Assembly (NCBI GenBank): GCA_038240915.1
Contig: JBBRGH010000001.1
Span: 1-42,602, forward strand
Direction of reading: 5' to 3'
Source: Gemmatimonadales bacterium
GTDB taxonomy: Bacteria; Gemmatimonadota; Gemmatimonadetes; Gemmatimonadales; GWC2-71-9
DNA: 42,602 bases
In this document: one piece after another, positions 9,472-19,495 of the stretch
How the letters are laid out: each line of letters opens with the position of its first letter
Position numbering within the stretch: the stretch's first letter is position 1
Notes under the pieces: model-generated
Told to the model about the DNA's origin: nothing
Databases searched by the model: none
The model's input: the letters and a program-made list of their open reading frames with translations, nothing else
Program-made: the position numbers and the translations under genes

Positions 9472-11188
9472 GCTTCCGCACCCGGCTGTTCCTGGCCCTG
9501 CTGGTGGCGGCACTGGTCCCGCTCGCCGTGCTGGCGTATGGCGTCCGCCGCGAAATGACGCTCCGGCTCACCGCCGAGAACGGGCGCCGCGGCGAGGCCG
9601 CGGTGGCGGGGCTGCGCGACGACCTGGCCCGGGAGAGCGCCGCCACAGCCGCGCACCTCGCGACCCTCGCCGCCGAGCTGGCCCGTGACAACGGGGTCCG
9701 GCTGGCATTGCTGTCGGCCGACGCCGGGGCCCGGCGCGGGCTGCTGGACCTGGCCGGCGGCGCCATGCGGAATGCCGGGCTCGCCATGCTGCAGCTGCAG
9801 GACAGCGCCGGCCGGATCCTGAGCTCGGGTCACTTCCGGAACGCCTACGATCGGGAGGAGCCCGCGCTGCCGGCGGCGCTGCGTCAGGCCGGCGGCGCGC
9901 CGGTGCTGGTGCGGGCCCGCACCGCCGACAGCGCGCTGCTCGTGCTGGCGCGCCTGGATTCGCTGCGGGTGGCGGGGGCGCGATACACCCTCGTCGGCGG
10001 CACGGCGATCGAGTCCCGGCTCCGGGGCTCGCTGGCCCGCGACCCGGATCTCTCGCTCCGCCTGGTCGAGCCAGGAGCGAGCCCCTCACCGGGAGACGAT
10101 GCCAGCCCCTCGGTCATCGCCGCGACGGTGCCCCTCGCCTATGCCGACGAGCGTCACCCGCCCGCGGACGAGGGGCCGCTGGATTCGGCGCGGCTGGTGG
10201 TCTCCCGCTCGCCCGGCGCGCTCGCGGCGCTCCGGCGCGACATCGACCGGTGGTTCCTCGCGGCGTTCGCGGCCACCGTCGCGCTCGCGATCGCCGGCGC
10301 GTGGTGGCTCTCATCCCGGGTGAGCCGGCCGCTCACCGAGCTGGCCGCGCGCACCGCCGCGATCGACTTCGACCGGCTGGACCAGTCGTTCCCGGCCGAG
10401 CGCGGGGACGAGATCGGCGTCCTGTCCGCCACGCTCGGCGCGATGACCGAGCGGCTCCGGCTGGGCGCGGCGCGTCTGCGCGAGGCGGAGCGCCGGATGG
10501 CCACCGGCGACCTGGCGCGCCAGGTGAACCACGACATCAAGAACGGACTGGTGCCGATCCGGAATGTCCTCCGCCACCTCGCCGAGGTGGCCCGAGACGA
10601 TCCGGGCGCACTGCCCCGCATCTTCGAGGAGCGCCGCGGCACGCTCGAGTCGAGCCTCGGCTACCTCGATACCCTGGCGCGGAACTACGCCCGGCTCTCG
10701 CCTTCGCCCCAGACGGGCGCCTGCGACGTGAACGCCATGGTCGCGGAGCTCGTCCGCGGCACCGACGCGCCGCAGGTGACGCTTCGGGCCGAGCCCGACC
10801 CCGCGCTGCCGCCGGTCTCGGCCGACCCGCTGGTGCTTCGCCGCATCCTGGAGAACCTGGTCGGGAACGCGGTGGACAGCCTGGCGGGCCGCAGCGGCGG
10901 CGTGGTCACCGTCGGCACCGAGACCGCGGCAGCGACCGACCCGCTGCAGGTGCGGCTCACGGTGAGCGACACAGGCCCGGGGATGAGCCGGGCCGAACTC
11001 GACCGCGCCTTCGACGACTTCCACACCACCAAGGACGGCGGCACCGGGCTCGGGCTCTCGATCGTCCGCCGGCTGGTGCTCGACCTCGGCGGCGCGCTCC
11101 GGATCGAGACGGCGCCCGGCGCGGGTACCCGCGCGATCGTCGAGCTGCCGGCGCGGGCGCCGGTCCCCACCGACGACGGGAGGCGGAC

Positions 11189-11192
<4 letters not shown>
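9468..11192 (+). CDS. Sensor histidine kinase (periplasmic sensor, HAMP, HisKA, HATPase_c)
   Basis: Two TM segments flank a roughly 250-aa periplasmic region. H-box 'VNHDIKNGLVPI', N-box 'ENLVGNAVDS' and G-boxes 'DTGPGM' and 'GGTGLGLSIV'. Confidence 0.88.
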
Positions 11193-12541
<1,349 letters not shown>

Positions 12542-12543
12542 GA

Positions 12544-12579
12544 GCTCGCGGCCGGTCCGACAGCATCGCGGCCGCGAGC
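12544..12579. terminator. GC-rich hairpin between convergent genes
   Basis: GCTCGCGGCCG (12544-12554) pairs perfectly with CGGCCGCGAGC (12569-12579). It sits between the activator stop and the stop of the minus-strand lipoprotein gene. No clear U-tract. Confidence 0.4.
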
Positions 12580-12637
12580 CCCCGTTCAAGCCTTCGCGTT
12601 GGTTACTTCCTTCTTCGCGAAGAGTGGCGGGCTGCCG

Positions 12638-13051
12638 CTACTCGCCGGCGGACGCGGTGGACATCGAGGGATCGGAGCCGATGGTCCAGTAGATCCGCTG
12701 GCCGCGGGGCACGATCAGGAGCGGCGTGGTGATCGCCCGGTTGCCGCCGATCGGGTCGGCCAGGAGCCGGACGCGCAGATCGGTCGGCGCGACGGACGCG
12801 GGAATCGTGAGCGTGGCCTTCCTCAGGCCGCCGGCCTGGCCCACCAGCCAGCGGGTGCCACCCCGCAGCAGATAAATGCTCATGTCGCTGAAATTCTCAT
12901 TGTCGATCTGCAGCTCGATGGCCCGGGAGGCGTGGGTGCTGTCCGCGCGCGCCAACGGGGCCGGTCCAGCCGCATCGGATGACTTGTTCGCGGCGCAGGC
13001 CGCTGCCGACAGCAGCAGCACCGCGCCGATTCCCGCCCTGAGGTTTCTCAT
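12638..13051 (-). CDS. Small lipoprotein, unknown function
   Basis: 'MRNLRAGIGAVLLLSAAAC' (signal peptide plus lipobox). AGGAG-type RBS upstream. 137 aa. Confidence 0.65.
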   Translation of the reverse strand: MRNLRAGIGAVLLLSAAACAANKSSDAAGPAPLARADSTHASRAIELQIDNENFSDMSIYLLRGGTRWLVGQAGGLRKATLTIPASVAPTDLRVRLLADPIGGNRAITTPLLIVPRGQRIYWTIGSDPSMSTASAGE

Positions 13052-13226
13052 TCCCTGTGCTCCTCTCGAATCTCTTCTATCACTTCCTTGACGCCGGGCC
13101 CCTGACCCGCACGGAAGGGGGTAAAAGGCATACAGTAGAAACAGTCCCGAGGTTGGAAGTGGTTCCGTTCACTGATCGGGGGGGGGTGGACCACGGCATC
13201 GTGAACCGCATTCTCCTGAATTCTGG

Positions 13227-13276
13227 GTGTCCACGCGGACACATGGATCAGTTCAATCACGTGTCCATCGGGACAC
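13227..13276 (+). promoter_or_regulatory. Two 16-bp palindromes GTGTCC-N4-GGACAC (candidate enhancer/UAS sites)
   Basis: GTGTCCACGCGGACAC at 13227-13242 and GTGTCCATCGGGACAC at 13261-13276, 34 bp centre to centre. They lie about 120-155 bp upstream of the predicted sigma54 start site. Confidence 0.4.
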
Positions 13277-13363
13277 AACGGGACGCGTGCCGGCCCCGGC
13301 GGCGAAATCGCAAGTGTTTGTAGTTGAATACTTTAGATGGGTCTGGATTCCGTCGTCCTGCAG

Positions 13364-13378
13364 TGGCCGCATGCTTGC
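13364..13378 (+). promoter_or_regulatory. Candidate sigma54 (-24/-12) promoter
   Basis: TGGCCG-CATGC-TTGC matches TGGCAC-N5-TTGC with exact spacing (2 mismatches in the -24 hexamer). It lies about 60 nt upstream of ATG 13439. Confidence 0.45.
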
Positions 13379-13438
13379 CTTTCCTCCCGGGTGCCAGAAG
13401 TCTCCCGCGCCCCTCGGCGCCATACCCAGGAGGAAACC

Positions 13439-14509
13439 ATGTCCCGCTCCACCGCCCGTTTCACGGTCCTCGCGGCCAGCGTCCTCGTGCCACTCGCCGC
13501 GGCGTGCTCCGGCGGGGACCGCTCGTCCCCCAACGATACGGCCAGCGCCGGCACCACCACCATCTCCACCGGCGCGGCCACACCGGCGCCCTCGACCGAT
13601 CCGACCACGGCAGCCGCCGGGATGATCGTGCCGAGCTACGCCGACGCCGACCGTGCCTTCCAGCGCGGCCGGTACGAGGAGGCCGCCAGCATGTTCGGGG
13701 CCTACAGCGAGAGCGAGCCCGACAATGCCGGGGGCCACTACATGCTCGGCCTCTCAGCCTGGAAGATCGGCGACCACACCCGCGCGCTCGAGGCGTTTGA
13801 CGCCGCGCTCAGGATCGAGCCGACCCACCGGAAGAGCCTGCTCAACTCGGCCCGGGTGCTGCTCGAGACCAGCCGGCCCAAGGACGCGCTCAACCGGATC
13901 GAGCAGGCGCTGGCGATCGAGCCGCTGTCCAGCGACGGCCTCCGCCTGCTGGGCCGAGCCCACTTCGAGCTGGGGGAGTTCGACCAGTCGATCGACGCTT
14001 ACCAGCGCGCCCTGGCGCTCGACGACACCGACGTCTGGGCGATGAACAACCTGGGGTACCTCTACATCCAGCAGGGCCGGAGCAGCGACGCGCTGCCGCC
14101 GCTGGCCCGCGCCGTCGAGCTCCGCGGCAACGTGCCGGTGTTCCAGAACAACTTCGCGACCGCTTTAGAGCGGTCGGGGAACCTGGTGGCGGCACGGGAA
14201 GCGTACGGGAAGGCGCTCGAAGCCGACAGCAGCTACAGCAAAGCGGCGGTCGGGCTCGAACGGGTGACGGCGCGTGGCGTCGACTCCGACACGTCGTCGG
14301 TGGACGTGCCGGCGCTGGCGCGGGGGGTCCAGGACCAGATCGCGCAGTGGCGGACCCGGCCGGTGGTGACTGATTCGTCGGTGGTCGCCGACTCGACTGT
14401 GGTCCCCGACCCGGCGACGGTCACGGATTCGACCGCGATGCCTGGCTCCGCGGTGCCCGACTCCGGAATGGCGCGCGACTCGACGGTGAGCGACACGGTG
14501 TCGCGCTAG
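13439..14509 (+). CDS. TPR-repeat lipoprotein
   Basis: AGGAGG RBS at 13428-13433. 'VLVPLAAAC' lipobox. Several TPR-like repeats ('YMLGLSAWKIGDHTRALEAFDAALRIEP', 'NNLGYLYIQQGRSSDAL'). Degenerate DS(T/S)V-rich C-terminal tail. Confidence 0.8.
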   Translation: MSRSTARFTVLAASVLVPLAAACSGGDRSSPNDTASAGTTTISTGAATPAPSTDPTTAAAGMIVPSYADADRAFQRGRYEEAASMFGAYSESEPDNAGGHYMLGLSAWKIGDHTRALEAFDAALRIEPTHRKSLLNSARVLLETSRPKDALNRIEQALAIEPLSSDGLRLLGRAHFELGEFDQSIDAYQRALALDDTDVWAMNNLGYLYIQQGRSSDALPPLARAVELRGNVPVFQNNFATALERSGNLVAAREAYGKALEADSSYSKAAVGLERVTARGVDSDTSSVDVPALARGVQDQIAQWRTRPVVTDSSVVADSTVVPDPATVTDSTAMPGSAVPDSGMARDSTVSDTVSR

Positions 14510-14552
14510 GGCCGAATGCGGATGCGGGCGTTCCCGCCGCCTGACCGCTCGG

Positions 14553-14592
14553 GGAGACCCGTCCCATCGCTGTACTGGTGGGACGGGTCTCC
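14553..14592. terminator. Perfect 14-bp-stem hairpin between convergent genes
   Basis: GGAGACCCGTCCCA (14553-14566) pairs with TGGGACGGGTCTCC (14579-14592) around a 12-nt loop. Confidence 0.55.
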
Positions 14593-14617
14593 GTGTGTCG
14601 GCCCATGGCTGGCGCGG

Positions 14618-15778
14618 TTACAGCAGCTCCGACACCGGGTGGGACTCGCCCGCGGCGAACCGGCCCGGGCGGAGGCTGGTCACGTCGAGGCTGGCCCGTC
14701 CGTGGCAGATGATCTCCGCCAGCAGCTGGCCGAGGGCGGGCGCGTGCATCACGCCATGACCGGAGGAGCCGTTGAGGAGAAACAGGTTGGGGCACTCGTC
14801 GGCCGGACCGAGAATGGCGTGCTTGTCGGGCGACATCTAGTACAACCCGGCCCAGGCGCCCGGCCGGTCGATCGGGACCCCGCGGAGCACCGGCACCCGC
14901 GCCTGCGCCATGGCCACCACCGCGTCGATCCACGCGGGATCCACCCTGGCATCGAACGGCCGGCCGGGGATGCCGGGAGTCGGCCAGAGCAGGAGGACGC
15001 GGCCGTCGCGCACCCGAAGGTGGAAGCCGTCGCCGGCCCAGATCGTCATCGGCATATCGGCCGGCAGGAGGCGGCATGGCCCGGTGGTGGCGATCTGCCG
15101 CCGGAGCGGCACCACCGGCAGCGTCACCCCGGCCAACGCCGCCACCGAGGCGGCCCAGGGGCCGGCCGCGTTCACCACCGCGCCGACCGCGATGCGCCCG
15201 GCGTCGGTCTCCACTTCGACGATCCGTCCTGACCCGTCCCGCCCGAGCCGGCGCACCTCGGCCCCCCACACCTGCCGCACACCCAGCCGGGCGGCGGCGG
15301 TGAGGTAGCCCTCGAGGATGCGGAGCGGGCGAATGAAGCCGTCGGTGGGACAGAAGGCGCCGCCGGCGATGCCGTCGACCCGGATGGCGGGATTGATCCG
15401 CGCGATCTCCGCGGGCGAGACCTCGACCGCCTCGGTCAGCCCCTCGGCGTGCTGCACCGCCCGGCCGACGCGGAGCAGGTCGAGCTCGGCGTCGCTCCCG
15501 GCGAGCCAGAGATAGCCGGCCGGTGCGTAGCCGGGGTCCACTCCGGTCTCATCCGCGAAACGGCGGAGCTTTTCCCGAGCGAGCAGCGAGAGGCGCACGT
15601 TGATGGCCGTGGCGTACTGGGCCCGATAGCCGCCGGTGGCGAGCCCGGTGCTTCCGGCGCCCGGGCCATCCGACCGGTCGAGGACGACCACGTCGGGCTG
15701 GCCGAGGGCGGCCAGGTGATAGGCCACGCTCGCGCCCATCACGCCGCCTCCGATGACGGCAACCGCGGCGCTGCTCAC
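14618..15778 (-). pseudogene. FAD-dependent oxidoreductase (DAO / sarcosine-oxidase-beta-like) interrupted by one in-frame TAG
   Basis: GTG start at 15778. Dinucleotide-binding 'VAVIGGGVMGASVAYHLA'. The frame reads ...AWAGLY-TAG(14837-14839)-MSPDKHAILGP...SGHGVMHAP, which continues the same family in the same frame down to TAA at 14618. Confidence 0.8.
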
Positions 15779-15791
15779 GGAACCGCCGGGC

Positions 15792-16208
15792 TCATGCGGT
15801 GAAGACGTGCTCGGGGTGCCTGAAGCTCTTGAACTCGAGGGCGTTGCCGCTCGGGTCCAGAAGGAACATCGTGGCCTGCTCGCCGGGCTGTCCCGGATAG
15901 CGGATCCGGGGCTCGAGGATGAAGCGATGATCCGCCGCGCGGATCCGGCCGGCCACCGCCTCGAACTCCTCCCAGCCGAGCAGGGCGCCGAAGTGCGGCA
16001 TCGGCACCAGGATGTCTTCCACCTTGCCGGTGTTCCGGGTCGGCGTGACTTCGCCGGTCGTGTGGGCCGAGATCTGGTTGCCGAAGAAGTCGAAATCCAC
16101 CCAGGTCTCGGTGCTGCGGCCCTCGCGGCACCCGAGGACCTGGCCATAGAAGCGGCGGGTGGACGCGAGATCGCGGACGAAGAAGGCGAAGTGGAACGGC
16201 TGGGACAC
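15792..16208 (-). CDS. VOC (glyoxalase/bleomycin-resistance/dioxygenase) family protein
   Basis: 'PFHFAFFVRDLASTRRFYGQVLGC' and 'FLLDPSGNALEF' are typical VOC beta-alpha-beta-beta-beta modules. GTG 16208 was chosen as the start; the ORF is open up to 16298. Confidence 0.78.
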   Translation of the reverse strand: MSQPFHFAFFVRDLASTRRFYGQVLGCREGRSTETWVDFDFFGNQISAHTTGEVTPTRNTGKVEDILVPMPHFGALLGWEEFEAVAGRIRAADHRFILEPRIRYPGQPGEQATMFLLDPSGNALEFKSFRHPEHVFTA

Positions 16209-16409
16209 CGGGCGCTCGCGAGTGAGATCGCCCCAAGTTGGGGCCGGACTGCCTCTGGTGGGAAGCCCCCCGGCCCCCGTCCGGGCGCCGCCGGACAATG
16301 GAGAGCCCGGGGAAGCCGGCCACCCGGGCGACAGCGGGCACCGGCGCGGCGTGCCACCGACGGCGTTTGTCGCATGAACCGTCGGAAAACGACGGTATCG
16401 GGTCGAGTT

Positions 16410-19079
16410 ATGACGTTATATTCTCCCCGGTATGCCCCGCCCGAACTCCCGCACTTTCCCGTGGCCCCCGTGAGCCGCGAGGCCGCCGACGCGTCTCCGC
16501 CGCCGATGCTCAAGCACTGGCGCGAGATGAAGACGCAGCACCCCGACACCATCCTGTTCTATCGGGTCGGCGATTTCTACGAGATGTTCCACGAGGACGC
16601 CCAGCTCGCCGCCCGGGTGCTCGAGATCACCCTCACCGCCCGGGGCGACGGCGTGCCGCTGGCCGGCGTGCCGGTCAAGGCCGCGGCCGATTATCTCCGC
16701 CAGCTGATCGGCGCCGGACACCGGGTCGCCATCTGCGAGCAGGTCGAGGACCCCCGGCTGGCCAAGGGGCTGGTCCGGCGCGAGGTGGTCGAGACGGTGA
16801 CGCCCGGCGCCATGCTGCAGGAGGGCTGGCTGGCCGGGGCGAAGAACAACTTCCTGGTTGCGGTGGCGGGCGGCGGCGCCCAGGTGGGCCTGGCGGCGAT
16901 CGACCTCAGCACCGGCGAGTTCCTGCTGGAGACGCTGGAGCAGTCCGGGCTCGCCGAAGCCCTCGGCCGACTGGGCCCGGCCGAGGTGGTGGTGCCCGGG
17001 GAGCTGGCGCTGCCGGCCTCGGACGGGGTGCTCCGCACGGTGCGGGAGCGGTGGGAGTTCGACCCCGACCTGGCGCGCGAGGAGCTGGCCCGACGGTTCG
17101 CGCTCGCCTCGCTCGACGGTCTGGGCCTGGGCCCGGCGGACGATCCGGCTCTGGGCGCGGCTGGCGCGCTGCTGCGCTATCTCACCGAGCTCCAGCCGGC
17201 GGGCCTGCCCCACCTGGCCCGGCCGTTCGTCCGCCGGAGCGACGGGTTCCTCTGGCTCGACGAGATGACCCGGCGCAACCTGGAGCTGGTCGAACCGCTC
17301 CGGGCCGGGGCCCGCGGCTGCACGCTGCTCGAGACCATCGACGCCACCGTCACCCCGATGGGCGGCCGGCTGCTGCGGCAGTGGCTGCTGTCGCCGCTGC
17401 GCGATCCGATGGCGATCGGCTACCGGCTGGACGCGGTCGAGGTGGCCGTGCGCGACGGGCGCGGACGGGCCCGGCTGCGCGAGGCGCTCGACGGGGTGCG
17501 CGACGTCGAGCGGCTGGCCGGTCGGGCAGCGGCGGGACGCGCCACGCCCCGCGAGCTGGGCGCCCTGCGCGACTCATTCCTCCGCCTGCCCGATGTCGCC
17601 GAGGCGCTAAGCGCGCTGGCCGCGTCCACCCTGCCCGGCGGCGGACCGGCCGCCGCCCTGGCCGACGCGGCCGACGAGCTGGACCTGCTGGCCGACCTCG
17701 CGGCCGAGCTGGCGCGGGGACTCGAGGAGCGGCCGCCGGCGCTGCTGGCCGACGGAGGCGTGATCCGGGCGGGGTACGACGCCGAGCTCGACGAGCTCAG
17801 ATCGCTCCGGGACGGCGGCCGGCAGTACATCGCGTCGCTGCAGCAGCGGGAGCGCGAGCGGACCGGGATCCCGTCGCTCAAGGTGGGCTTCAACAAGGTG
17901 TTCGGGTACTACCTCGAGATCACCAACGCCCACGCCGCCCGAGTGCCGCCGGACTACGAGCGGCGGCAGACGCTGGCCTCGGCCGAACGCTACGTGACCC
18001 CCGAGCTCAAGGACTACGAGGCGCGGGTGCTCGGGGCGGAGGAGCGGATGGGCGTGCGCGAGGCGGAGCTGTTCGGCGGGCTCAGGGCAACGGTCGGCCA
18101 GGCGATTGGCCGGATCCAGCGGACTGCCCGGGTGCTGGCCCGACTCGACGTCTGGACCGCGCTCGCCGACGGCGCCGTGGCCGGCCGCTACGTCCGGCCC
18201 GAGCTGCACGGCGGATACGACCTGGTGCTGCGCGGCTGCCGCCATCCGGTGATCGAGCGGATGATGCCGCGCGAATCGTTCATTCCCAACGACGCCCGGT
18301 TCAGCGAAGCCGAACGGGTGGCCCTGGTGACCGGCCCCAACATGGCGGGCAAGTCCACCATCCTGCGGCAGATCGGCCTCTGCGTGGTGCTGGCCCAGAT
18401 GGGGGCCTTCGTTCCGGCCGACGCGGCCTCGGTCGGGGCGGTGGACCGGCTGTTCACCCGGGTCGGCGCCAGCGACAACCTGGCGCAGGGACAATCCACC
18501 TTCATGGTGGAGATGAGCGAGACCAGTGCCATCCTCCACAACGCCGGGCCGCGGAGCCTGGTGCTGCTGGACGAGATCGGCCGAGGCACCTCGACCTATG
18601 ACGGCGTGGCCATCGCCTGGGCGGTGACCGAGCACTTGCACGACCGGGTCGGGTGCAAGACCATGTTCGCCACCCACTACCACGAGCTGATGCAGCTGCC
18701 CGAGCGGCTGCAGCACGCCCGGAACTACAACGTGGCGGTGCGCGAGACCGGCGAGACCGTGGTCTTCCTTCACCGGCTCGAGCCGGGCGGGACCGATCGT
18801 TCGTACGGCATCCACGTGGCCCAGCTGGCCGGCCTGCCGGACAGCGTGGTGCGGCGGGCGCGCGAGATCCTGGGCACGCTCGAAGGTGACCACCGGGTTG
18901 TGCCCGGCCCGCCGCCCGACGCGGCCCGGGATCCGGGACAGCTGGCGCTGTTCTCCGACCCGGCGCCGCCCGATCCGATGGTCGAGGAGCTTCGGCTGAT
19001 GGACGTGAACACACTGACCCCCCTCGAGGCGCTCAACCGCCTGGCCGATCTCAAGCGGCGGGCGGAGGACCGCCGGTGA
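16410..19079 (+). CDS. mutS: DNA mismatch repair protein MutS
   Basis: 'PMLKHWREMKTQHPDTILFYRVGDFYEMF', Walker A 'GPNMAGKST', 'DEIGRGTSTYDG' and 'THYHEL'. Start at ATG 16410, or ATG 16374. The ORF-track extension back to 15753 overlaps the divergent genes and is not credible. Confidence 0.93.
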   Translation: MTLYSPRYAPPELPHFPVAPVSREAADASPPPMLKHWREMKTQHPDTILFYRVGDFYEMFHEDAQLAARVLEITLTARGDGVPLAGVPVKAAADYLRQLIGAGHRVAICEQVEDPRLAKGLVRREVVETVTPGAMLQEGWLAGAKNNFLVAVAGGGAQVGLAAIDLSTGEFLLETLEQSGLAEALGRLGPAEVVVPGELALPASDGVLRTVRERWEFDPDLAREELARRFALASLDGLGLGPADDPALGAAGALLRYLTELQPAGLPHLARPFVRRSDGFLWLDEMTRRNLELVEPLRAGARGCTLLETIDATVTPMGGRLLRQWLLSPLRDPMAIGYRLDAVEVAVRDGRGRARLREALDGVRDVERLAGRAAAGRATPRELGALRDSFLRLPDVAEALSALAASTLPGGGPAAALADAADELDLLADLAAELARGLEERPPALLADGGVIRAGYDAELDELRSLRDGGRQYIASLQQRERERTGIPSLKVGFNKVFGYYLEITNAHAARVPPDYERRQTLASAERYVTPELKDYEARVLGAEERMGVREAELFGGLRATVGQAIGRIQRTARVLARLDVWTALADGAVAGRYVRPELHGGYDLVLRGCRHPVIERMMPRESFIPNDARFSEAERVALVTGPNMAGKSTILRQIGLCVVLAQMGAFVPADAASVGAVDRLFTRVGASDNLAQGQSTFMVEMSETSAILHNAGPRSLVLLDEIGRGTSTYDGVAIAWAVTEHLHDRVGCKTMFATHYHELMQLPERLQHARNYNVAVRETGETVVFLHRLEPGGTDRSYGIHVAQLAGLPDSVVRRAREILGTLEGDHRVVPGPPPDAARDPGQLALFSDPAPPDPMVEELRLMDVNTLTPLEALNRLADLKRRAEDRR

Positions 19080-19495
19080 AAGCGCTGCCGCTGCTGGCTC
19101 TCGCCCTGGCGACGGGCCTGGCCTCCGGCTGCAAGGGCAAGGACGACGGCAGCTTCCGCCTCTCGACCAACGTGCCGACGCCGCCGACCAGCGACGCCGA
19201 CCAGCCGCCGGTGGCGATCAACCCGGTGTCCCCCGTGGAGTATCCGGTGCCGCTGCTGGAGCAGGGCATGGAGGGTCGGGTGCTGCTCCGGCTCTATGCC
19301 GACTCGATGGGCACGCTGCAGCCGGACTCGACCCGGGTGGCCGAGTCGAGCGGGTACCCCGCCCTCGACTCGGCGGCGGTGGGCGGCGCCGCGTCGCTCC
19401 GATTCTCGCCCGCGCTGCGCCACGGGCGGCCGGTGGCCGGCAGCTTCCTGCAACCGGTCCATTTCCGGAATCCGCGCACCCAGAGCGCCCCATGA
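19076..19495 (+). CDS. Lipoprotein with TonB C-terminal-like domain
   Basis: GTGA overlap with mutS. Lipobox 'LASGC'. 'PVEYPVPLLEQGMEGRVLLRLYADSMG...SGYPALDSAAVGGAASLRFSPA' resembles the TonB_C fold. Confidence 0.68.
   Translation: MKALPLLALALATGLASGCKGKDDGSFRLSTNVPTPPTSDADQPPVAINPVSPVEYPVPLLEQGMEGRVLLRLYADSMGTLQPDSTRVAESSGYPALDSAAVGGAASLRFSPALRHGRPVAGSFLQPVHFRNPRTQSAP

Noticed and set aside
13391-13396. TGGCAC on the minus strand as a sigma54 -24 element for the divergent lipoprotein gene (12638-13051).
   Set aside because: No TTGC follows at the required 5-nt spacing (the sequence reads TGGCAC-CCGGG-AGGA). The site lies about 340 nt from that gene's ATG.
14837-16552. The full 571-aa ORF as the oxidoreductase gene, and likewise the 1108-aa ORF 15753-19079 as mutS.
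   Set aside because: The N-terminal extensions are low-complexity, overlap the well-supported VOC gene and each other on opposite strands, and precede the canonical N-terminal motifs (GxGxxG and the MutS 'PM..(Q/H)(Y/W)' region).
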